Origin: Anaerolineae bacterium
GTDB lineage: Bacteria; Chloroflexota; Anaerolineae; B4-G1; DUEL01
Direction: 5' to 3'
Assembly (NCBI GenBank): GCA_041082215.1
Contig: JBDOIF010000171.1
Span: forward strand, 1-64,000
Length of the DNA stretch: 64,000 nucleotides
In this document: positions 11,201 through 20,239 of the stretch, piece after piece
Numbering within the stretch: position 1 is the stretch's first letter
Layout: each line of letters opens with the position of its first letter
Made by a program: the position numbers and the translations under genes
Notes under the pieces: model-generated
Told to the model about the DNA's origin: nothing
The model's input: only the letters and a program-made list of their open reading frames with translations
Database searches by the model: none

Positions 11201-12610
11201 TCACACCGGCTGGGCGGCGCGGAGCAGGCCGAGCCTGCGCAGCACCTTGCGCGGAGTGGCCCGCCGGGCCCGGCCCCACTGGCGGCGAAGCCAGCGCCTG
11301 AAGGCGTTGATGGGCTTCCGTCGCTGGCTTTCGGCCATCGCCCACTGGAGGAACTCATAGTCCTGCCCCCGGATCTTCGGCTCGGTGGGGTTGCGCCGGT
11401 AGGAGTCGTAGTCGGTGATCCGGCTCAGATCATGCTCCACCACAAAGTCGTAGAGATCGGTGCCGGGGTGCGGCGTGAAGAAGGCCGGGCTGTAGTAATC
11501 CGGGTCTATCTCTTTCATCATCCGCACCGTCTCCAGGACCTCTTCCTTCGTTTCCGTGGGCAGGCCCATCATGTAGTTGGCCCAGATAGCGACACCGTGC
11601 TTCCGGCAGATCCGGGCCGCCTCCAGGTTCTGGGCCACCGTCGTCCCTTTGCGGATGAACTTGAGCACCCGGTCGCTGCCGCTCTCAAAGCCGATAAAAT
11701 AACCACGCAGTCCGGCCTCGACCATCCGCTCCACCATATCCTCGTGCCTGACGATAATATCGGCCCGGCTCTGGCAGAAGAAGGGCATGGTGAAGCCCTC
11801 GGCGATGTATCTATCCGTGAACTCCATCACCCATTCCCGGTCCTCGGTGAGACAATCGTCGTGGAACATAAAGGAGGCGATGTGGTACCGGTCAACCAGC
11901 ATGCGGATCTCTTCGATCACATTGTCCACACTGCGGCGACGGGTCCGTTTGCCAAAAAGATAATCCTCCCCCGGCTTGCAGAAAGTGCAGTTATAGATGC
12001 AGCCCCGCCCGGCAATGATGGTGACGAAGGGGGGCGGCAGTTCGGGGACGAAGGGGACTTCAGGGGAGTCCAGGTCGTACCCCCACTTTTTCCACTCCTC
12101 AAGGAAAAGGTCCCGATCGGCGAAGGGGATGGCATCGAGATCAGGCGGCTCTCCCCGGATCACCCGCTCCCGGGGTGGGTTCCCCTCCGCGATAGCCCGG
12201 AGCAGCCGGGGGAAGGTGATCTCCCCTTCGTGGAGGACCAGGTAGTCCACGCGGGGGATGCGGAGGCTATCCTGGACAGCGATGGTCACATGCGGGCCGC
12301 CGATGACGGTGATGACGTCCGGCCTGACCTCTTTGGCGATAGCAATGGCCTGCCGGGCAGGATTGTAATCCACGCTCATCATCGTCACACCGACCACATC
12401 CGGCTCCCGCTCCGCCAGCACCTCCCGGAACTGATCCCAGCCGGAGAGGGCCCGCAGGTCAATCAGGTCCACCTCGAACCCCTGGGCCTTCGCCGCGGCG
12501 CTGAGGTGGGCCAGGCCGTGGGAGATCCAGCCGGCATCCATTCCCTGTTTGAGGGAGTTCCAGCCCCTTCCGGCGATGCCGGGGTAGATCAGGGTCGTCT
12601 TCAAGCCCAT
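11201..12610 (-). CDS. B12-binding-domain radical SAM protein
   Basis: B12-binding region (PDVVGVT, IGGPHVT), GRGCIYNCTFC, GFESGS, MMGLPTET. Confidence 0.88.
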   Translation of the reverse strand: MGLKTTLIYPGIAGRGWNSLKQGMDAGWISHGLAHLSAAAKAQGFEVDLIDLRALSGWDQFREVLAEREPDVVGVTMMSVDYNPARQAIAIAKEVRPDVITVIGGPHVTIAVQDSLRIPRVDYLVLHEGEITFPRLLRAIAEGNPPRERVIRGEPPDLDAIPFADRDLFLEEWKKWGYDLDSPEVPFVPELPPPFVTIIAGRGCIYNCTFCKPGEDYLFGKRTRRRSVDNVIEEIRMLVDRYHIASFMFHDDCLTEDREWVMEFTDRYIAEGFTMPFFCQSRADIIVRHEDMVERMVEAGLRGYFIGFESGSDRVLKFIRKGTTVAQNLEAARICRKHGVAIWANYMMGLPTETKEEVLETVRMMKEIDPDYYSPAFFTPHPGTDLYDFVVEHDLSRITDYDSYRRNPTEPKIRGQDYEFLQWAMAESQRRKPINAFRRWLRRQWGRARRATPRKVLRRLGLLRAAQPV

Positions 12611-12687
12611 ACCACCTCCACAAGCGTGGGCCTGCATGGCAGGAAAATCAGAAAGGGGGCACCACGAGGAGATGCGGCACAGGAGGG

Positions 12688-13311
12688 TTAGGACTCGTCG
12701 GCTGAGAAGACGTAGGTGCAGCGGTCGTCTCCGTCAACGATCTTCTCCAGCCGCTCTGGAGCCACACCCAGCAGGCGGGCGATCAGCCGCTCGTCTATCC
12801 GACAGGGTTGGGTATGACGGCGAGCGACCAGCTCGTAGGGGCAGTTTGCAACCCGGAGCTGATACGACCCTTCCTCCCCTCGCTCCACCGACGCCAGATA
12901 GCCCAGGCCGTTGAGGAACTCCAGGGCAGCATCCACGCGGGCCGAAAGGTCCCCCGTTTCGGCGACCTGCGCGAGGGCGGCCATGCGCTTCGCCACCCCT
13001 TCCACGACCTCTTCCATCTCCTCTGGGGAGAGCTGGGCCTCCAGCTCGGAAAGCACCGCTTCGGCCAGCCGGTCGTAGCTCTTGGGGAACAGCTCATGGG
13101 AAGTCTCGGCCAACCGGTAGATGTGCTGAGGCCTGCCAGGCCCCTTCTTGCGGCGGGCCTGGGGCGGAGAGACGAGGCCCTGGCTGCGGAGGACCTCGAG
13201 GTGGTGGCGGATGGTGACAGCCGTCAATCCCAGTTCCCTGCTCAGTTCATCCACCGTCGCCTGGCCCCGGGTCTTGAGGATTTCCAGAATTCGCTGTCGA
13301 GTTTCCTGCAT
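12688..13311 (-). CDS. SufR-like HTH transcription regulator
   Basis: HTH (TVDELSRELGLTAVTIRHHL, GRPQHIY); C-terminal NCPY...C...C; start ATG 13311. Confidence 0.75.
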   Translation of the reverse strand: MQETRQRILEILKTRGQATVDELSRELGLTAVTIRHHLEVLRSQGLVSPPQARRKKGPGRPQHIYRLAETSHELFPKSYDRLAEAVLSELEAQLSPEEMEEVVEGVAKRMAALAQVAETGDLSARVDAALEFLNGLGYLASVERGEEGSYQLRVANCPYELVARRHTQPCRIDERLIARLLGVAPERLEKIVDGDDRCTYVFSADES

Positions 13312-13330
13312 CCCTTCCCTCCTGCTTTTC

Positions 13331-13359
13331 ATTTTAGCATATAATCGGACATTTGTCAA
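13331..13359 (-). promoter_or_regulatory. Sigma70-type promoter of the SufR-like gene
   Basis: Minus strand TTGACA-N17-TAAAAT with TG extension; GACA-N2-TGTC dyad overlaps the -35. Confidence 0.65.
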
Positions 13360-13401
13360 AATTCGGTCGTTATTATCATCCTGATTATCGCTGCCGCTGA
13401 C

Positions 13402-14445
13402 TCAACCCTTCCGGCGGGAGAGAAGGGTCAACACCGCGATCACAATCGCCGACAGCAGGGCCAGAGCAATCAGCTTATAAAGACGGGAGGAAAGGGTCAA
13501 AGCCAGCAGGCCGAAAAGGGCGGAAAAGGCCCAGTAGACCAGCACAATGGTCCGCTGGGAGAGGCCCATATCGAGAAGGCGGAAGTGGAGGTGGCCCCGG
13601 TCCGCCTGAGTGGGGGGGCGGCGATGGCGCAACCGGTCGAAGATCTGCCAGGCCACATCCACAACTGGCACCCCCATCACCATCAACACCGTCGCCACCC
13701 GGCCGCCGGCGATCAACCCCAGCCCCCCCAGGGCGTAGCCCAGAAAGAAGGCCCCCCCGCTCCCCAGGAAGATCCGTGCCGGAGCGAGGTTGTAGGGGAG
13801 GAACCCGGCCAGCGCGCCCAGAAGTGCCAGCGGCAGCAGGGCGACGCTGGCCTGACCAACCCGATACATATGGATCGCCAGCACAAGACACAGAATCCCC
13901 CCCACCCCTGCCGCCAGCCCATCCAGTCCGTCCAGGAAATTGACCGTGTTCATCAGCCCCATCATCCAGAGGATGGTCAACGGGACGTAGGCCCACGGTC
14001 CCCAGGGGTAGGATTCCAGCTCAACATAGCCGATAAAGGGAAGGGTGAACCGCTCCAGCCAGAGGAGGGTGGGAAGGGCAATGAGGGACAGGAGAAACTG
14101 GACGAGGAACTGTACCCCTGGGGGGAGGTCCAGCCGGTCATCCGCCAGTCCGAAAAGGAAGGCGCCCAGCCCGCCGACGAGAAGGCCGGTCAGCCTCCTG
14201 AAGTCCTCCGGGCTGTAGCCGACGGTGAGGGACCCTGACCATGCCGCGACGCCGATGGCGAGAAGGAAGGCCCCGAAGATCGCCACTCCACCCAGTCGGG
14301 GCACTTCCCCTCTGTGCTTTCGCCGCCCCCCCGGCCGGTCCACAATCCCCAGCCGCCGGCCCAGCCGGGCGGCGAGAGGGGTCAGCGCCGCCGCTGCTGC
14401 CGCTGCTACGGCGAAGACAGCCAGGGAGAAAGATGGGGATTTCAA
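13402..14445 (-). CDS. MraY/WecA-family polyprenyl-phosphate sugar-1-phosphate transferase
   Basis: PRLGG, GLADD, NTVNFLDGLDGL, IFLGSGG, DRGHLH; polytopic membrane protein. Confidence 0.9.
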   Translation of the reverse strand: MKSPSFSLAVFAVAAAAAAALTPLAARLGRRLGIVDRPGGRRKHRGEVPRLGGVAIFGAFLLAIGVAAWSGSLTVGYSPEDFRRLTGLLVGGLGAFLFGLADDRLDLPPGVQFLVQFLLSLIALPTLLWLERFTLPFIGYVELESYPWGPWAYVPLTILWMMGLMNTVNFLDGLDGLAAGVGGILCLVLAIHMYRVGQASVALLPLALLGALAGFLPYNLAPARIFLGSGGAFFLGYALGGLGLIAGGRVATVLMVMGVPVVDVAWQIFDRLRHRRPPTQADRGHLHFRLLDMGLSQRTIVLVYWAFSALFGLLALTLSSRLYKLIALALLSAIVIAVLTLLSRRKG

Positions 14446-14454
14446 ATTCGCACC

Positions 14455-15081
14455 CTACCCTGTCCCGAACATCCGGTCGCCTGCATCGCCCAGGCCAGGC
14501 ACGATGAACCCTGCCTCGTTGAGCTGCTCGTCCACCGCTGCCAGGTAGACCGGCACGTCCGGGTGAGCCTGGACGAACCGCTCCACTCCCGGCCGGGCGC
14601 CGATCACGCCGACGAACTTGATCCGCCGCGCCCCCCACCGCTTCAGGATGTCCACCGTCGCCACCGCCGAGCCGCCGGTCGCCAGCATCGGGTCCAGCAC
14701 CAGACAGACATCCACTGTGGGACTGACGGGCAGGCGGGAGTAGTACTCCACCGGCCGGAGGGTCCGCTCATCCCTGGAGAGGCCGATGTGCCACACCTCC
14801 GCTCCGGGGAGCATCTGCCAGGCTCCCTCCACCATCCCCAGCCCGGCCCGGAGCACCGGCACCAGTCCCACCCGCTCCAGGAGCTTCCGTCCCTCCGCCC
14901 GTCCCAGGGGGGTTTGCACCATCACCGACTCTGTCGCCAGGTCCGCCGTGGCCTCATAGACCAGCAGGATGGCGATCTCCCGCACCAGCTCCCGGAACTT
15001 CTTCGGATCGGTCCGTTCATCCCGCAACAGCGCCAGTTTGTGCTGGACCAGTGGATGGGTGGAGATAAACAGTTGAGCCAT
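14455..15081 (-). CDS. upp: Uracil phosphoribosyltransferase
   Basis: [35 protein letters not shown]; start ATG 15081. Confidence 0.97.
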   Translation of the reverse strand: MAQLFISTHPLVQHKLALLRDERTDPKKFRELVREIAILLVYEATADLATESVMVQTPLGRAEGRKLLERVGLVPVLRAGLGMVEGAWQMLPGAEVWHIGLSRDERTLRPVEYYSRLPVSPTVDVCLVLDPMLATGGSAVATVDILKRWGARRIKFVGVIGARPGVERFVQAHPDVPVYLAAVDEQLNEAGFIVPGLGDAGDRMFGTG

Positions 15082-15100
15082 AATCACGTCCCCATTTGAC

Positions 15101-18100
15101 TCACGGCACATCGAACGCCATGACCCGATGGCCGGCCGCGTCGGTGACGTAGAGGAGGCCGTCCGGCCCCAGTGCCACTCCCATCGGCAGGGCGAAGGAG
15201 CTGGCGTCGAAGCCGAACTGGCCGAAGCTATAGAGGTAGGTTCCTTCACTATTGAAGACCAGCACCCGGTAATGGCCGGGATCGGTCACATAGACCCGCC
15301 CCTCGGCATCCACCGCCAGGTAGGGCTTTTCCTCCACCAGCGGGTTGTTCCACCCGGCGACGGGCCATTCCCGCACCGGCCCTCCGTCCGGCTGGAGCAC
15401 CTGGACCCGGTAGTTCCAGGTATCGGCCACGTAGGCCTCCCCCTGCGGCCCGAAGGCCAGCCCCACCGGCTCGTTGAGCTGGCCCGGCAGGGAGCCGCCG
15501 CCGCCCCACTCCCGCAGGTACACGCCGTTCGGATCGAACACCTGCACCCGCTTGCCGCCTGTATCCACCACATAGACCAGGCCATCCGGCCCTACCGCCA
15601 CCCCTCTTGGGCCGAAGAAGCCGGAATGGCCCGTCAGGTCATACGGTCCGGGCTGGCCAAAGGCCCCCCACTCGGCCAGGAAGGCCCCGTCCGGTGTGAA
15701 CTTCTGCACCCGGTCTGCCCAGGTATCCGCCACATAGACCGATCCGTCTGGCCCCACCGCCACACCCCATGGCTCACAGAACGTGCCAGGGGGAGGCTGT
15801 GCAGGGCAGCCGCCGAAGGAGCCCCAGGAGGCCACAAGGGTGCCGTCGGCGGTGAATTTCTGGATGCGGTGGTTCTGAGAGTCGGCCACGTAGACAAAGC
15901 CGTCGGGGGAGACGGCGATCCCGCGGGGCCAGCGGAACTGGCCGGGGCCGTTCCCCTCCACCCCCCAGCTCCGCACCGCACTCATCACCCGCCACCCCGC
16001 AGCGTAGGGATCGGTCGGCGCGGCTTCCTCCCCCTCCTGCGCGGCGTGGATTCTCCCAAAGTCCCACAGCCGGTCCGCCACGTCCTTGCGGATATAGAGG
16101 CGGAAGTCGCCGCGCAACGGCCACTGGTCCGGCGTGTGGTGGCCGCCGGTGATCTCGTCGTAGAGGGTGTAGTCCATATTGTAGAAAATCCGCCACAGCG
16201 CCGCCCGCTTGCGGGGAGTGGTGAGCCAATCCCACAACTTCCCCCAGGTCAATCCCCGGTAGTCCTCCATCGGCCACCAGAGGAAGAAGTAATCGAACCG
16301 GTAATAGTCATCCCCCACATACGGTTCGACCACCCCCCACTGTTCCCGTCCGGCGATGATCGCCGTCGCCAGGACCTGTTCCCGGCTGGGGCGGTCGCCG
16401 TAGTAGCGGGCGTTGGGATACTGGGTGGAGCGCAGATACCAGGTGAAAGGCCAGGAGCCATCGGAGCCGTAGGTCACATCAATGAGGCCCGGCCCACCCG
16501 CGACCCGCAGCGACAGCTCCTCCAGCGTCTCCATCGTCGTCCGCACGTCCGGCCCCTCGTGGGCGTAGACCAGGAACTCGGCGGGGGTGTCAAAATTGAT
16601 GAAGGAGAGGCGGTAGGCCACGCGGACCGTCAGCAGGCCCAGGGCCAGGAAACCGGTCAGGCCCGTCAGCAGGAGCCCGTTGCGCCCGCCGACCCGGAAC
16701 CACAACAGCCCGACCAGCGTCCCCACCAGCCCCACGCCGGCCAGCCCGCCCAGGAAGGTGCCGGTCACCAGCAACTGGTCCAGCTCCACCCCCTGAAACG
16801 GCCCCTGGGCGGCGCTCTTCATCAGGGCAGCGATGGCCGCCACCAGCGAGGGGAGGAGCAGCGGAAGCAGCCACCCTCGACGCTCCCACACCTTCGACCA
16901 GTCCACCCCTTCCACCAGACGGCCCAGCAGCCAGCCGGTGAGAAGGATCATCGGCGTGGTGATGTGGGTCGTCAGCCAGGGCATCTTCTCTCCGGCATAG
17001 GAGTAGGCAAACCAGGAAAGGGGCGACCAGACCAGGAGGAACGGCAGGTACAATGTGCGCATCCCTGGCAGGTCGGCAAGCCCTTCTTTCCCCCGGATCC
17101 GCCAGGCCAGGCCCACCACCGCCAGGTAAAGCGGCACGGCCAGCGCGCCAAGGAGGGGCAGGAAGTCGTAGATGGGGAGGATGACCAGGTAGTAGAACAT
17201 CGGCTGGTTCCCTCGCTCCACCTCCTGCTGCTCCAGCCAGTAGCCCACCGAGCCGACCCATCCGCTGGCAATGCCGGCCCCGTTGGTGAAGACGGTGGTA
17301 AAGAGAACCAGGAAGATGAAAGTATGGATCACCGCTGCAATGGGCCAGCGGCGTCGGTCCCAGGCCAGGCCGATGGCGACGGCGGCGATCAGGACCAGCG
17401 CCAGGATCGCCCCAGAATAGTAGATGTCCGGCGCGTTGTAATGGGTCGGTTTGACGTTGGCCAGATTCGCCCAGAAGGGGGGCACGGACATCCCCACCGG
17501 ATACCGGGCCACCACCACGGAGGCCACGCGGGAGGCGGCCAGGATGGCGAGGGGGGAGGCGAAGGGGAGGCAGAGGGTGCCGATGAGGACGATCAGGTCG
17601 AAGCTGCGGTGGGTGCGGAGCTGCCCTCCCAGGCCGTAGAAGAGGGCGATCCCGGCGACGATCAGCCCGACCAGGGCGAAAAGGCCGCCAGCCAGCCCCC
17701 AGAACGGCAGCGATACCCCCTCCCCCGGCCCACCGACGATCGCGCCGACCGCCAGCACCGCCAGTCCCAGGGCTATCCCCGCCAGCGCGGCCAGGAACAC
17801 CCGCTCTGCCCCATGCCTTTGCCAGGGCCGCATCAGCGCCTGCACGGCCAGCAGCCCCACCAGGAAGACAGCGATGATCAGGGTATAAATGGCGGCGACC
17901 TCTTTGGTGGCATACATCAGGGAGAGCGCCGCCGCCAGAATGTAGAGATGCCGGTCCCGCCCCTCCTCCAGGTAACGGAAGATCGCCCAGATGACGACTA
18001 TCGCCCAGAAGATCACCGGGATGTCTTCCCGGATGTAGCGGGAATAGTACGCAATGGAAGGGGAGATGAGGAAAAGGAGCGATGCGAACAGCGCCCCCGT

Positions 18101-18460
18101 TCGCCCCAGATACCGCCGCAACAGGTAGGGAAAGGCCACCATCGCTGTCCCCACCAGTGCGACAGGCAGCCGGGCGGTGAAGTCGCTGTCTCCGAAGAGG
18201 AAATAAGAGAGGGCAGTCGTATGAAAGATGTAGGGACCGTGCATCATCGGGTTGTGCTGGAAGCCGTACCCCATGTAGAGGTCCCAGGAGAACTTGCAGT
18301 GGAGGCTCTCGTCGTGGCTCTGCACCCGGTACCCCAGCATCGCCAGCCGGGAGATAAGGCAGAGAGCGACGATCAGGATATACAGCCCCTGCTCCCAATT
18401 CAACCCGATGCCCTTGACGATCGGACGGTCCAGCCAGGAGTTCGTCTGTTTATCGTTCAT
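15101..18460 (-). CDS. TIGR03663/Agl23-like GT-C membrane protein with C-terminal NHL beta-propeller
   Basis: [35 protein letters not shown]; several NHL repeats (PRGIAV..DG.VYVAD..NHRIQKF). Confidence 0.8.
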   Translation of the reverse strand: MNDKQTNSWLDRPIVKGIGLNWEQGLYILIVALCLISRLAMLGYRVQSHDESLHCKFSWDLYMGYGFQHNPMMHGPYIFHTTALSYFLFGDSDFTARLPVALVGTAMVAFPYLLRRYLGRTGALFASLLFLISPSIAYYSRYIREDIPVIFWAIVVIWAIFRYLEEGRDRHLYILAAALSLMYATKEVAAIYTLIIAVFLVGLLAVQALMRPWQRHGAERVFLAALAGIALGLAVLAVGAIVGGPGEGVSLPFWGLAGGLFALVGLIVAGIALFYGLGGQLRTHRSFDLIVLIGTLCLPFASPLAILAASRVASVVVARYPVGMSVPPFWANLANVKPTHYNAPDIYYSGAILALVLIAAVAIGLAWDRRRWPIAAVIHTFIFLVLFTTVFTNGAGIASGWVGSVGYWLEQQEVERGNQPMFYYLVILPIYDFLPLLGALAVPLYLAVVGLAWRIRGKEGLADLPGMRTLYLPFLLVWSPLSWFAYSYAGEKMPWLTTHITTPMILLTGWLLGRLVEGVDWSKVWERRGWLLPLLLPSLVAAIAALMKSAAQGPFQGVELDQLLVTGTFLGGLAGVGLVGTLVGLLWFRVGGRNGLLLTGLTGFLALGLLTVRVAYRLSFINFDTPAEFLVYAHEGPDVRTTMETLEELSLRVAGGPGLIDVTYGSDGSWPFTWYLRSTQYPNARYYGDRPSREQVLATAIIAGREQWGVVEPYVGDDYYRFDYFFLWWPMEDYRGLTWGKLWDWLTTPRKRAALWRIFYNMDYTLYDEITGGHHTPDQWPLRGDFRLYIRKDVADRLWDFGRIHAAQEGEEAAPTDPYAAGWRVMSAVRSWGVEGNGPGQFRWPRGIAVSPDGFVYVADSQNHRIQKFTADGTLVASWGSFGGCPAQPPPGTFCEPWGVAVGPDGSVYVADTWADRVQKFTPDGAFLAEWGAFGQPGPYDLTGHSGFFGPRGVAVGPDGLVYVVDTGGKRVQVFDPNGVYLREWGGGGSLPGQLNEPVGLAFGPQGEAYVADTWNYRVQVLQPDGGPVREWPVAGWNNPLVEEKPYLAVDAEGRVYVTDPGHYRVLVFNSEGTYLYSFGQFGFDASSFALPMGVALGPDGLLYVTDAAGHRVMAFDVP

Positions 18461-18466
18461 CGGCCA

Positions 18467-20239
18467 TCATTGCTCGTATTGCGTATTTCGTACCTCCAGG
18501 TCCTCCCGCGCCCAGAGCACGACCTGCGCGGTGACGGTCGGTGGGGTGGTGACCTCCCGATAGAGCCACCAGCGGACCGGGAGGCCCTCTTCCTCCCCTG
18601 GGACCCACGCCCGCCGCAGGGGGAAGTTCTCCCCGAGGTAGCCGGAGGGCAGAGGTTCTCGCAGAGGGGCCAGGACCAGCGGCGGCCGCTCTTCCGGCCC
18701 AAGCTGGTCCACCACCTGCCCCTCGAAGCGGCGAAGCGCCCATCGGAGGGCCGGGTCCGGCTCGCCGATGAAGGTGACCGACAGCCCTTCCTCCAGGCGG
18801 GGGTTCAGCTCGCCCAGCCGCTCGATCACCCCGGCCAGGGTGCGCACCTCCACGGCCGTCGTCTCCCGCACCGGCAACTCCAGGGGGTTGGCCATGCCCC
18901 GATGGGAGAGCCGCCAGCCGATGGAGAAGGCCAGCCCCAGCAGGACCAGTCCCAGCGAAAGCCCGCCTGCCCGCAGCGCGACCGCCAGCCCCCGCCGCAT
19001 CGTCTGAGCTGGCTCCTCCTCAGGCTCGGGGACCGTCATCGCAAGGCCGAAGATGACGGTGAGCAGGAGCTGAAAGAGGAATACCAGCCCGGCCATGAGC
19101 TGGTCGGTCGGGCTGCTGGTTCGGGCGTATCGGGCCAGAGTGAGGCCGAGGTGAATCCAGAGGAGGAGGGAAACAGGGAGGTAAAGCCCCTCGTTCTGCC
19201 AGCGGCCGTGGGCCTGGAGGGAGCGGACCAGCGTTTCCACCGCCAGCCCTCCCAGCCCTGCCAGCGGCAGAAGGACCCACATCAGGTCGGAGGGCTGACG
19301 GGCCGGCATGAGGGCCAGTTGCGCTACCCCCACCGCCGTCCAGAAGACCCACAACAGCCCCATCCCATGCCGCCGCCCGACCGCCACGGCCAGGCCGACA
19401 AGGCCCGCCACAAGCGTCAGCGGCTCGTAGGCCACGAGGAGGAGAAACGGGGAGAGGATAGCAGGGCCGGCCGGCGGGCCAAAGCGGGCCAGCCACCCCA
19501 GAAACTGCTGACCGACGGCAGCCAGCCCCCCCGGATTCAGCCCCAGCCCCGTCCCCAGGGCCAGCACTCCTAACCCGGCCGCCGCCAGCCCCCGGCCCAG
19601 AGAGGGGCGGACCATCGGCCAGACCCAGGGGACCTGTCCCCGCCAGACCCAGAGCCCCCCCGCCAGGGCGATGAGCAGGCCCAGGAGCAGCCCCCAGGCC
19701 GCGGGTCCGGCCGTCAGCGCCACCGCCAGTCCCAGCCCGCCCCACACCACGTAGGAGCGATGCCAGGAGTCCAGGAAGCGGGCAGCACAGCCCACCAGAA
19801 GCATCACCCCCAGCGCGGCGGGCATCGTGCCGTCCAGCAGGCGCGACCCGTAAAGGGCGATGGGGGAAAGGGCCAGAAGCAGGCCCGTCCCCAGCGCCCC
19901 CCACCCGCCCAGGTAGCGACGGAGGAGAAGGGGGGTCAGCACCAGCCCCACGCCCGAGAGGGCAGGCACCAGCCTCGCCAGTCCGTCTCCACCACCGAAG
20001 AGCGCAAAGAGGAGGACGTTGAGGTGGAAAAGGAGAGGGGCAGCCTGGTATATCCCGGAGGCCACTCCACCGTGCGCCACCTGGTAGGCCGCCAGCGCCT
20101 GGAACGCTTCAGCGGTGTTCAGGGGGGCCGACGCCAGGTCAGTCAGCCGCAACAGCGCCGCCACGAGAAAGAGGACCGTCCAGAGGAGCCTCTCCAGGTT
20201 ACGGGATCGGTTCACCGGGTTCTGGTCGTTTTGGCGCAC
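18467..20239 (-). CDS. Polytopic PMT/GT-C-like membrane protein
   Basis: N-terminus parallels the TIGR03663 protein (LRLTDL...EA, ARLVPAL, LALSP..LYGSR); many TM segments. Confidence 0.6.
   Translation of the reverse strand: MRQNDQNPVNRSRNLERLLWTVLFLVAALLRLTDLASAPLNTAEAFQALAAYQVAHGGVASGIYQAAPLLFHLNVLLFALFGGGDGLARLVPALSGVGLVLTPLLLRRYLGGWGALGTGLLLALSPIALYGSRLLDGTMPAALGVMLLVGCAARFLDSWHRSYVVWGGLGLAVALTAGPAAWGLLLGLLIALAGGLWVWRGQVPWVWPMVRPSLGRGLAAAGLGVLALGTGLGLNPGGLAAVGQQFLGWLARFGPPAGPAILSPFLLLVAYEPLTLVAGLVGLAVAVGRRHGMGLLWVFWTAVGVAQLALMPARQPSDLMWVLLPLAGLGGLAVETLVRSLQAHGRWQNEGLYLPVSLLLWIHLGLTLARYARTSSPTDQLMAGLVFLFQLLLTVIFGLAMTVPEPEEEPAQTMRRGLAVALRAGGLSLGLVLLGLAFSIGWRLSHRGMANPLELPVRETTAVEVRTLAGVIERLGELNPRLEEGLSVTFIGEPDPALRWALRRFEGQVVDQLGPEERPPLVLAPLREPLPSGYLGENFPLRRAWVPGEEEGLPVRWWLYREVTTPPTVTAQVVLWAREDLEVRNTQYEQ

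Noticed and set aside
15128..19573. 1481-aa + strand ORF, and other long antisense ORFs (156-2039, 8090-9943, 23753-25972, 43623-46265, 55094-57190)
   Set aside because: Shadow frames opposite well-supported genes in GC-rich DNA; no recognisable motifs.
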